A DNA stretch of 64,000 nt from assembly GCA_044892525.1 (NCBI GenBank), contig CM097887.1, positions 118,832,397-118,896,396 of the forward strand, read 5' to 3'. Positions 52,541 to 64,000 of this stretch are shown one piece after another; within the stretch, counting starts at the first letter, position 1; each line of letters begins with the position of its first letter. The notes under the pieces were generated by a model. That model was not told the DNA's origin, searched no databases, and saw only the letters and a list, made by a program, of their open reading frames with translations. This DNA comes from Schmidtea polychroa (lineage: Eukaryota). The position numbers were made by a program, and so were the translations under genes.

Positions 52541-55411
52541 AGATTGTCACCATTTCATTCTTTATACTTGAAATAATCCTCTCCTACCCGTGGTAGAGTT
52601 AACCAAAGGGCCCAGATTTCTCAATTTATAATTCCTCAATGAAAATCATAAATTAATACACTTAAACCTCGATAAACTCGATTACGGGAATTTTATTTTT
52701 GGATTATAAGAGGATTTCCCGTTTATTTCAATAATTCAATTTTTTTTATATAAAAAATTAGTTTTGAAAGGTTCTTGATACAGGTAAGACCTTGGATTTG
52801 TAATAAATTTAATTTTCAAAAAATGATATTCATACACTAATGATATAAAACATGTTTTTATTAATAAAATTTGGTTTTTTTCGTGAAATTTACTACAAGA
52901 TTCCAATTAATGAAAAACTGGTATAAACACATACGATAAATGATTTTGATTTGCGTCGTTTTGAATTGCGTTGTCTTTCTACAGTCCCAATTAACGACGC
53001 AAATCTAGGTTTAGATGTATGTTAAAAAAATATCCTACTATTTAAATTTTTATCTTAATTTTTCTTAGTCTGCCTGTCAAGTTATATCATTTGAGTTATA
53101 TTTTTTTTTAAAAATGAAACTAATAAAAAATTATTTAAGTTCAACTAATAGCCAAGAGTAATTTTCAAATCTTGTTTTTATTGCAAATATAAACTTGCAA
53201 GAAATGTTAATTTTGAAGAAATTATTGATGAGTTTGCAGGTGAAAACTTCGTAAAATAAAAGTTTTACTTATTATTTATAAATATTATAACTATACTTTG
53301 ATTAGAGAAAAGTTTTCTTTGTCAGATCCAAGAAAATTTAATTTGATTTTTAAAAGAATTGAGGCGGGCAAAATTTGTATTTTTTCCAAGCTCCTATATT
53401 GGCTAGTTAAGGTTCTGAATTTTTTCTCTGTTATCTGTATAAATGTGATGTATTTTTAATGTCAATAAAATATCGTAGAGATGAATTATTGCTGAAAACG
53501 GAAGCTTTAATTGAGCTATTTAAATAAAAAATTTTGTTTTTTTCCCATCGGAATCGTGAATAAAATTTTCACTATTTTTCTTTATACTTGAAATTTTTTA
53601 TTATTTTCACCAAATACTGTTTCCATATTTTTACATTAATTTTAAGTTTACTTTTCCAAATTTGTGAATTATAAAGCTAAATGAACGTATTGGTATTCAT
53701 AAAAACCGTTTAAAATGAAGTTCTTTTTCACCATTTAATATTTTCCCCTTAATTTTCTCGATAATTCTATAAAAAGATCCAATTAAGTAGAGTTTTTCTC
53801 ATTAAACTTTTATCTGTCATTGTTTCTTCAACAACTAAAATTTTACATATTATTATTCCATGCAAAATGTTCACATATCGAAACTTTGCATATATTTATA
53901 ATTATGTTTTATGTCGTGTATGTGTGTGTGTTAAAGTTATTTTTTCTACCACTTTCTCATTTTCTATATTAAATATTATTATTCATGAAACATTAAAATT
54001 AACAGAGATAGGTTTTTGTATTTATATAATATAAGTTTGTTTATTTTTTATATTATAGATGTTATTATTCCACACAAACAAGTGTATTCGAAAGTACTTC
54101 TTTTATTATTAGGATATAGTGATATTATTAAATTACTACTTGCTAAAATAAATATTAATTTTTTAGCTTTATTTACTTTTAAAAATGTAAATAATTAAAT
54201 TTTAATTATAAGCATTAAAATAATATTTTTAATTAAAAATATATAAGAACTTTTAGGAATAAAAATACAAAATACTGAGTTTAAAATTATTTTTAAAGAT
54301 TTGTTTTTTAAGGAAATCTTTTGAAAGCTTTCATGAATTTTAAATTTATAGTTTTTTTATTTTAAATGTTATATTTAATCACATTTACACCTAATGAAAA
54401 AGTAGAAAATGAATTCTAAAAGAAAGCCACCAAACACTGAACATTCTAGCTAAATTTTAATATATGACATAATAAATATCTTGTAGTAAATGCTTATCAT
54501 GTCATTTACTTATTTTATTATTACTATTATTATTATTTTAGTATGCGAATATCATTCTCATATTGAGTGCCAGGATTATGTTGTCAACAATTGCAAGGAA
54601 GGTGCAGCATATACACCGAATTTATCGTTGGTAAATTTACTTATTGAATGAATATAAAATTTAATTTATCAAATAATAAGTACCAGGCTAAGTATTTTTA
54701 AAAAAACAAAAACTCTTATGAAAAGAAATAAAGATCAAATATTTTCATGTAAATATAATATTCAATTTACAACATATTTTAAAAATTAATAGAAAAAATT
54801 TGTTTCAATTTAAGTGATTTGAGGATTCGCGCATAGTTTAGACTAGAATTTTCTTGTATATACTTTTGTATATACAATATGTTCTGGAATTCTAATAAGT
54901 TAGAAATTATCGGTAGAAATAACAGGAAGTGTGAAAATAATCAGATTAGTCTCTATTTTATTTTATTTTTATTGTTTTTTGAATTCCTTAATTATAAATT
55001 TGTTGGAGACAGAAATTAGTTATGATATCTAATGGTTATAAAATTTGGGATAATTTCACTTTTCATGGATAATAAATTTTATTAGTTTTTCTTATTTTTT
55101 AAAAATTTTATTTGAAGTAAAATTCGAAATTTGTTGCATATATAATGTTTATTATTTATACAAATTTCACGTTAATAAAATATCTAGTAAAATACGAAGA
55201 TTAGGCTAATATCCAAATGAAATAATGCAATTTTATCTATCTTTATTTTTCCCTCGACTAAGACAGCGTTGGGAATTCGTGCTAAATAAATAAAAAGATT
55301 GATATATAGACTGAAAATGAAAATAAAAGAAATTGAATATTTTATTCTTTTATATCCAACAATGCAGCGCCCAGACAAAAATTCAAATGGCTTTAAAATA
55401 TAATAAAAACG

Positions 55412-55445
<34 letters not shown>

Positions 55446-56236
55446 GAACTTGTTTTTCCAATTTCACCACTGATTATTTTTTCCATTGAATTTATTATAA
55501 AAAGAGCTTAAAGACTATCGTATAGGACTTTGTAGATAAAATCTAATTGACTAGTCACGCAAATATGGCACTAATTTGTAAATAAATTCTTGTAAATTCA
55601 GCTCAATTTCAAGCAATTTCATCATTGGCTGGAAGGAAACCTTCCTCCGAATTCCAAATGTATTATTTGCAATAAGAATTGCTATTCATCAGAATGCATG
55701 GCCGGTTATCGATGCGAGTGGTGTGGCAATGCAGTGAGTTTTGATCATTTTCCTAATAATAATGCCATAATTGACTGCTAATGACAACAGAGTCACACAA
55801 TTTGCTTCAAACAAATCCCAATAGAATGCAAATTCGGCCCATTGAAGAATATCATTCTCCCTCCCAGCAGTGTCTGCATACCGAGAACAAAAATATCAAT
55901 GGAAAGCATTATCGGAGTTTCCAAACGATCAAATGGTTAATATTTTATCACTATTTTTATCTAGGAAAATATATTTCTTATTTTGCACTTTTGCATATTA
56001 ATTATGATCGTCCTTTTATTGGTGTTGATTAATTATTAATAAATAGGCTACGATGTTATTGTTAAGATTATTGATGGTATAGGATATCATTATTGACTAT
56101 TAATATGGGAAGTATTGAATATTCAGAATTCATATTGTCACCGACACCCAAAAATGTATTGCAAAAGCAATATTGATAATTTCTGAGACCTTAAATGATT
56201 CTTTTCACTTTGTGTTTTATAATGGAAAATACTTTA

Positions 56237-56277
<41 letters not shown>

Positions 56278-59200
56278 TTATATATTCGTCTGACTCCATG
56301 TTTTGCTAAATAAGAATAAAAGCTCCAAAAATTTTTTTTAAAGAAAACTTGTTCAAATTCATTTATTATTGTTATTATTTCATACACTTTTATACAAATT
56401 CAGCATTCAATTAAAATTTTGTTCTCGTTATAATTTTTAATATTTTATTCAAAAGATTTTCAATAGTATTTTTATAAAAATGTTCCAACATTTTTTATAA
56501 AATTATATATATTAAACTTTTCATTTACTTTATACGCTTTTCAACTTATAGAAAATTAATACTTATATAACTTCTTGAATTTTATGCAATAAACTTTTAA
56601 GCGTTTTTNNNNNNNNNNNNNNNNNNNNNNNNNNNNNNNNNNNNNNNNNNNNNNNNNNNNNNNNNNNNNNNNNNNNNNNNNNNNNNNNNNNNNNNNNNNN
56701 NNNNNNNNNNNNNNNNNNNNNNNNNNNNNNNNNNNNNNNNGAAGGTGCCCGTTGAAAAATAAGAAATACTTTATTTAATATAGACGAAATATTTATTAAA
56801 AATTCAATTTCTGCTAATATTATTTAAATTGAATGAAGAACGTCCTGAAAACTGCATTGCGTGTGAATTGTCTCTGGTCATTCAGTGATCTACCTTACTT
56901 TGGATTCGATTCAATATACTTGCGCTGGACCTGCAACATTTGATTGTGATAAAGTTACATACATTTGACCGTGTGAAAATGCTGGGGTCGCCAAATTGAT
57001 ATTAACATAATCAAATGATCGAATTAATCACAATAAATATGAAAAGTTTTCTGAAAAAATTTAAAATATATATATATATATATATATATAATTAATTCAA
57101 ATATTCAATTATATCCTCAAATATAAACAAAGTTGCCACTGTTATCTGTGCATAGATACTTTTAATAAATTTAATTTTTATATAATTTTAATTTAAATAA
57201 TTTTGAAAATATACAATTAAATAAATTTAAACTTTCTGAATATTAGAGGAAACAATTTTCGAGTCAGTGGTTTTTCCAGTCTTATCATATAATTTCCTTT
57301 GAACATGTAATTTAGTGTGTTGAACGAATCTTTTAACTACTATGTTAAAATCTTGAGTAAAATAAACATTATATTATTTATAAAAAGTATATCGAATTCG
57401 TGTATTTTCTGAGTAACCAGTGGTCAACGTATTTTGAAGGTTCTAATTTCCACTTCTCCAAATGTCAGTTGAGTATTAATATCTCCAGACTAATGTTTGT
57501 TATCAAGTATCCGAGACCAATACACCTAAACCTAACCCTTTTTCTTATTGTGGTTGATTCATTAAATTATGAAGGAAATGTTATTATTGGATTAAACAAT
57601 TTCTTTAACCAAAGCTTTCTTCATTTCTTTACTTATATGATTAACAATGTTTAACAGATGCATTTGAAGTATGTAGAATTCGACTCATTTCAACTCCGTT
57701 CAGTTTCTATAGATCAAGTTCAATTTCAAAATGATGGAATGATTGATTTTCCTTAGCTATTTTATATGCAGTTCAAAGGGTTTTTGCTTTTATTAATTTT
57801 CTGTGCGATGAAAATGTTATAAAAGCATTCTCATGAGTCATTTTTTTGCTGTCAGCAACTATTTTTAATGCAGCTTTATGTCCATAAAATTCTTTGTGAA
57901 GTTTTAGAAGTTTCATTCCCATTTTTGCTTCATCTCTAAGAGATTCAACTTGTCTAAAAGGCGTACAGCCAAGTATCATTTTGCAAACAGAGTCATTCAT
58001 TTTTCAAGCAAAAATCATTTTTTTATTATGTCCCACAGTCCAGTCGGTCATATTTACTTTGGTATTGCTTCTCAGCACCACATTCAGAAATATCAACAGG
58101 CGTCATTTTTTTTCTTGTATTCTGTCATTATTTATGTTAATATTCTTGCTTTTTTATTAGCAGAACCGTTAATTGAGAAGTAATTACTAATTAGTTTCAT
58201 TTTTATTTGGGGTCACGCTTTTACAATAAAGAAATTATTTACCTTTCGCGTATAGTGGTTCACTGTACACACATCATCTGTGCAACAAAACATGACAGTC
58301 GAATCGACAATATCCAACCGCAGAAAGCATTCAACGTGCGTCCAAACATGACCAAACATGACCATTGGACATGAGATCCTGCGCACAAGCAGCTTACATG
58401 TACCGTTCAAGCCTACGTGGACCCGATATCAAATTTTAAAAAGTTACTTTTAAAATATGCCGAAAAGGTACAGGTACCCCCTTCCGATACGTAACATTAT
58501 AAAAAAAGATATAAAGTTCTTTGAGGGTTTGGTTATTTTAAACTAATCGGTTATTCATAAATGTTTTATTTTCTCGGAAAGGAAAACTCAAAGTTTCAAA
58601 ATGCAATATCAATGTTGAGTAAGACTCCCTAAATAATTTATATATAATTAACCTGAAAGTTTAATAAAAATACATTAATTAGAAAAATTTTTTAACTATT
58701 TAAAAATTTTTTATTGAAAATAATTTTTTTAACGTCTCCATTCAATCCATAGTTCCGAAATAGTTTATGAAGTTCTGTTCTAGAGAATTAATTTTATTTC
58801 CGGGTTCATATTATATTATAAGTTCTCTGATATTTATGTACACTTGATAATATTCAGTTTTTTTATTTGATGTTGAAATATTCGAATTACTTTTATTTTC
58901 CTGGGACTAGTGAAATTCTATTTAATTATGATTAAGAGATATATTTGTGTCATTGCGGCCACTGGTCTTCATCAAGTTATTGAGATGGGAAATTCAATGC
59001 TTTGAAACCCTATAATCGGATAATTGAATCTCGTTTTTTCTTTATCGGTTTATTAGTTGAAGAAATTTTCGCTGCTCCTTAATGAAAATTTAATTATTAA
59101 TTTGTGAGATTTACGGAATTTTTTATTAGAATCAACTATGATTTTCTTTTGGAGCGGTATTTAGATCGGAATGATAATATTTATTCCACAAACCAATAAT

Positions 59201-62049
59201 AATATTATCATTATGAGTCTTACGTTAATATTATTAATATAATATTTGGGAAATTTTGGGAAGCATTTGTCAACAATACCAATTATAAATAAATATAAAA
59301 CAAATATTGATTTTCGTGTCATGCCTTGCAGACATTGGTTGGTAGACGTTTTAAAGACGATAATTATTTTTTGGATTCCAATTCTGTAAACTCTAATCCT
59401 TTTTTATTTTATATTATTCGATTTTCTATTGGTTACTAATAATGTAAAATAAATCGATTTAACAAAAATATTAAGTTTTCAAAAATTTATTTTTTATTTA
59501 TATGTTGATTATTATATATATATATATATGAAATATTGTACCTTTCTCGGCCAGAAAGTTTCGGGAAATATTCAACTTGAATTCACTGTGAGAAATTTCC
59601 TAATTTCAATGAAACCGAAAATTTTGAACACCTGACTTTTTTGAACACAAAAAACATGATAGGATGCAGATATATAAGATTTTATTATTGAAACGGAAAG
59701 ATTTTTTGACATGACAAATATTGCCGATGATTACAGAAGCAAATTCGTTAAAGCATTTCTCACAATTAATGCCACCAAGAAATATGATTTGACAAATGAA
59801 AATCATCATTATACAGAGAGATTAAGGAAATCATTTTCAAAAAATAGAAGCCTTATTGATGATCTCAATGAAGCACTCAATTATTGTCAAGAAAATGACA
59901 ATGCTGAAGAATTTTGTTAAAAAATCGAAAAAATAGCGGAAAATATTTTAAAACATAAAGGCTGGATAAAGAATTAAAGAAAATTTTAATGTTTAATTCA
60001 CTCGAAGATAAATAAAGAAGGATTTCAAAATACAGGATTTAAAATCATTCGATGAATTGAAAGAAAGATTGAAGAAATATGAACAAGTTACAAGGGAAAT
60101 TAATACATGTAATACTGAAATTTCTGCAATGAATAAAAATCAACGTTATCCTGATGCTGTAAAGAAAACTTTACCAATGTATAATTTTGAAAATCGATCA
60201 GACAAAGAAAGAGGATTTTACCAAAGAAAGACGAAATTCCAAGAAGAGAAAAAGGGTCTGCAAAAGGATAGACACTGGTGAAAGCAGTAAAGTTTATAAT
60301 TCTAGAGAATATCAAACTCGAACACATGGCCGACCGCATCAAGATTTTCGCTGTTGGGCATGTCAGGAGGAAGGCTATAAAAGATTAGAATGTCTCAATA
60401 TTCGCTGTGCAAATTGCAGGAGAACAGGGCACTTCAAACATCAATTCCATGATCTTTTTCTCGAAAGACGTCAAATATTCTAGAAAATGGTAGCTGTTTT
60501 CGACGATGAGAACCATGATGCCGGATCAGAGTACCCAAACCGGGATGCTCCAACACACGAGTGGAATCCTCAAAAAAATCATCTGTGGCTAGTACAAGAT
60601 AATAATCCCCATCTGGTGATCCGCACGTCAGCAAATTCTAAAGAGTCAATCAAATAAAAAATCACGAATTTCAAATTGGAGATGTTTAAGTTAAAATGGA
60701 TATTCGCAATAAAATCAAAATTGATAAATGGGGTCAATGGAGATTATTAAGAAGCTGCACGAACGGAGTTATGAATTAAAAATGGAAGTACTTTAATTAG
60801 AAAATTGAGTGACTGAAACCATATAAATAAGTGGAGATGTGAGATGTTCTAAAATATAAATTAAATTATTATTGTATGTTACCTGCATGTTGAAATCCTT
60901 ACTTTGCATTAATTTTTTTTATAGAAACTCCTCAAACAAATTATGATTTGCTCTGATTTGTTTAAATATTATTTTTATTAAATAATTAAACGTATTCGAA
61001 TCTTAATTTTAAATCGATCTAATTAATACCGAAAGTTCTGTGGCTAACACGCCTAGTGTTTCAAATGCGATTTTTTATGTTACAGTTTTGGAAAATTTAT
61101 GGAACCAAAATTTTAATTCACTTTTTAAAATGGAGTTGCTAGTTTAAAATTTACACAAATCAACTAACTTTACTGTCGATTTATCTTCAGGTGGAAAAAT
61201 TGCACACAATTTTAGTAATATATTACTAAAATTACTTCTTTTTCTGATTATTAGGAATTAGGGTCTTATTAGGAATTGAACATAAGTTTGAACTCGTGCG
61301 TATACTTTGCTTATGTGTGTGGTGACTCAAGTCCGCCAACTCTTTAGGTGTATACTTGATGCTATTAACTATCCACTTGATAGTTAATTAGGAAATTTCG
61401 AAACTTTTCAAAAATGTAGAAAAAAACTAATTCCGATTCTATTTTTTCTAAAATATATGATAAAATTTCATTATTTAAGATTGTTTTAATTTAACCATCC
61501 AGAGGGCGCGTTGGGTCTCACAGACCCAGACGATCTTTTTTTTTATATTTTGAATGTAAAAGCTTGTTTATAAAGTAATAAATATTTTAAAATTTAATAT
61601 TGCTCTATTTTGCCAATCAATAAGTCTATAAATCATGAGAAAACAATATTGGGTCTGTGAGACCCAACGCGCTCATCCATGTAACTTTTTTAGCGCGCGC
61701 TCTGCAGGGTTAATAATAATTTTTTTAAACAAATTAATTTAAATTCAAATATCCTTAAATGTATGTTTTGTGTCAAAAATATTGTCGAAATCAGATTCTT
61801 CATTTCAAAACTTATTAAAATAGCATATTACACAAATGTTTATAAAACAATTTGAACACTTTTATAAACTGTACATTGTACAAGCGCGATTATGGTCCTA
61901 TTGTAATTTTTGCTAATTTTTACTTTTTAATTTTTGTTCATTTTTAGCCAAATCAACTTCCGAAGACTGGACAGATGAAGACAGTAAAGAAGAAAGCTTC
62001 ATTGATAAGAGGTCACTTAAAGATCAAAACGAAAAAGAAAAGCATGAAG
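45912..62049 (+). CDS. DGKQ: Diacylglycerol kinase theta (type V DGK), 5' part; continues beyond the window
   Basis: Phase-compatible exons: 45912-46401, 46450-46529, 50842-50944, 54542-54630, 55602-55733, 55791-55935, 61948-62049. They give a Ser-rich N-terminus and three C1 domains: HTFVKKSFHRPAYCHHCSEVMWG..FVCEVCNFLVHEKC; HCWTEPGTFKRKFCNVCRKKLDDSPAIRCEICEYHSHIEC; HHWLEGNLPPNSKCIICNKNCYSSECMAGYRCEWCGNASHTIC. These are followed by ECKFGPLKNIILPP..V.IPRT, the DGK-theta-specific arrangement. The last exon (acidic linker) is less certain. Confidence 0.92.
47988..48490. mobile_element. hAT-type MITE in DGK intron
   Basis: Ends CAGGGGCGGCTC / GAGCCGTCCTA, paired GAGCGCCCTAGGC subterminal motifs, perfect 8-bp TSD CCTGTTAT. 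Confidence 0.88.
51241..51315. repeat. (AAT)n(ATT)n head-to-head microsatellite palindrome
   Basis: About 8 AAT units directly joined to about 16 ATT units. Confidence 0.9.
59711..60483 (+). mobile_element. LTR-retrotransposon gag remnant with two zinc knuckles
   Basis: CWACQEEGYKRLEC and CANCRRTGHFKHQF (degenerate CX2CX4HX4C), preceded by broken helical capsid-like ORFs. Confidence 0.6.
61495..61709. mobile_element. piggyBac-type MITE
   Basis: TTAA on both sides; ends CCATCCAGAGGGCGCG / CGCGCGCTCTGCAGGG; internal inverted pair GCGCGTTGGGTCTCACAGACCCA / TGGGTCTGTGAGACCCAACGCGC. Confidence 0.85.
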
Positions 62050-62101
62050 GTGAATCGATTTTCTAAAACTTCTTAAAATAAATTCGTAATATAATCTAAA
62101 T

Positions 62102-62800
62102 TAGGGTTGCCAGATTTTCACCAAGACAAACCGGGACGTCTGGCAACCCTACTTCATCGGTACTATAACATTTTACAAAAAATGTTGTCAAAGGTATTTT
62201 ACACATGCTTGAAGATGCAACTGCAGATTTGTGCTTCTGGCTATTGATATGATCTTTAATATCAGACAAACCACCATGACTGATACTAAAATTCGAATTA
62301 CAATGCTTGCAAAACGCTTCTGTTTCAAATTTGCCTTTTTTAATAAAAGGAAATTGCTCTGTAGAAATTGACACTTTCTTTTTGGCATTTTAAATTAGGG
62401 TAACTATATAAAAAACTTAAATAATAAACAAAGTATAAATATAAAAATCAATAAACTCACATATTTTTAAATAAGTTAATAGCTTTAAATATTGTAAATA
62501 AAAAAATAACTTTCCCACGACAGCCACAGATTAAATTAAACAAAAACAAAATTTAACCATCTGTCATTCATAACAAAAACAAACTACTCAACAGGAAAAG
62601 TTATTAAAACCCATCGAACAAGAAAGCTAATTCGAAAAATAGAAAAAGTGTGATAAATAAACGAAACTTTGGAGGCAGTTGTCCTCCAAAATTTTTAATT
62701 TTGTTTGCAATATTGCAATGCATAAAAACAGGGACAATTGAGCGTCCCGAAGACCTCTGGGGACAATAATCTGAAAACTGGGACAATCCCGGCAACCCTA
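62102..62800 (-). mobile_element. Internally deleted hAT element retaining the BED-type zinc finger of its transposase
   Basis: TIR TAGGGTTGCC / GGCAACCCTA, perfect 8-bp TSD ATCTAAAT. The minus-strand ORF reads EAFCKHCNSNFSISHGGLSDIKDHINSQKHK (C2H2/BED finger) and is cut after ...STDE. Confidence 0.9.
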
Positions 62801-62939
62801 ATCTAAATATTATTTATTTTTATAAGAACTTCTTTCGATTTTTTTATTTTCTTCATATTGTAGCGTATTTATTATACTAACTCGCATGTCGGAAACCTGT
62901 TTACGTGAAGCCAAATTATGGTGTATATATAAATTTCGT

Positions 62940-63610
62940 GTATTAATACTAGATTTATGGAACCTGTCATTTGGGCAAATTCGTCGTGCTAAAGCTTGCT
63001 GAACCATATTTATCCCATGATCAAAATATAACTACTGACAACTTTTTCACGCGTATTTCCCTTTCTAAAAAAGATTCTTGAAAAAAAACTCTTGCGGTAA
63101 CTTTGCGTGCAATTAGAAGTAATTTGTCAAAAATTGCGAGGGCTAAAAAGGATAATATGATCTAATATTCTACAAAATTGTATAAATCAAATGAATACGT
63201 ACTTACAATTTATAAATCAAAACGAAACAAAAAGATATTATTGCTCAGTTCTAAATATAAAAATGTGAAAATATAAAAAATCTCAAACGTGTTCCTGAAA
63301 CAGCCGCAATTTACAACAAAACAAAGTGTGGAGCTGATATTATCGACCAAATGGCTAGAAAATATACCGTGAAAGCAGGATCCTGTTAGATTTGCCAGCC
63401 ATCAATGCCTGCTATTGTACAAAGAGACCACTGGAGTAAACATATCTTGGAAGAATTTTGTTTTTGAATAAACTGAAGAATTATGTAGTGATTATCACGA
63501 TGAACAAACAGCTTCAATTCATTGTCTGATGTCCAAAATCCAAATTTGCGAAAATCTTGCCAAATATGGTTATGTAAGATATAATTAAGAAAGATATTTT
63601 TTCATTTGTA
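62940..63610 (+). mobile_element. piggyBac transposase C-terminal remnant
   Basis: LGKFVVLKLAEPYL..QNITTDNFFT, ILLSSKY and PETAAIYNKTKCGADIIDQMARKYTVKAG match the piggyBac TDNFFTS and YN.TKGGVD..DQM motifs; frameshifted. Confidence 0.8.
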
Positions 63611-63740
63611 TTAAATATATAATTTGCAGCAAAAGCTTAAATTATCATTTAATTGTTTAAATTTTATTTAATGCTGCTACCAAGAAATTATCCCTATATA
63701 CTATGTTTGCAATAAATATAACAATTATGTATGCGGAAAT

Positions 63741-64000
63741 TAGGGTTGCCAACTTTTGATTCGACCAAAAGCGTATTCAAATTTCTTTTAACCATATAGT
63801 AACAAAAATGACAAATAATTTCAATAAATTAAAATTGAGATAAAATAACAAAACTCTTTTATTATAAAAAAAACAAACAAATATTTTTTATAAATTGTTG
63901 ACTAAACAAATATTTTTTATAAATGTAGGTAAATAATCATAACAAAATACTGAAATAATTTTTAATTTTTAGTTTTAAATTTATATTTTTTCGTGGATTT
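63741..64000 (+). mobile_element. Left end of another TAGGGTTGCC-TIR hAT-family element (runs out of the window)
   Basis: TAGGGTTGCCAAC at 63741, the same terminal motif as the 62102-62800 element. Confidence 0.45.

Overview
This is AT-rich eukaryotic (animal-like) draft-assembly DNA with eight N-gaps; it is not prokaryotic. Introns are bimodal: 41-58 bp minimal introns, and 1-7 kb introns mostly filled with transposon debris. Four spliced genes could be reconstructed by hand. (1) An uncharacterised gene (+, <327..10838; its 5' end lies outside the window). (2) A glycerol-kinase-family gene (-, 14831..~18698) whose ATP- and glycerol-binding motifs are largely destroyed, so it is a probable pseudokinase. 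(3) A complete 17-exon ATM kinase gene (+, 19279..40351, 8238 nt CDS, about 2745 aa), head-to-head with the GK-like gene and containing one 4.54-kb exon. (4) The 5' part of diacylglycerol kinase theta (+, 45912..>62049, three C1 domains). Non-genic DNA holds a Penelope GIY-YIG remnant with a 5' inversion and a minimal hammerhead-ribozyme motif, and a fossil Maverick/Polinton (adintovirus-like) core-protein plus major-capsid module. It also holds pogo/Tigger, hAT, piggyBac and Gypsy remnants, several MITEs with clear TIRs and TSDs, a 33-unit 17-bp minisatellite and (ATT)n microsatellites. Base composition, intron sizes and TE spectrum would fit an AT-rich invertebrate such as a planarian; this is inference only. 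All homology calls come from motif recognition, not database searches.
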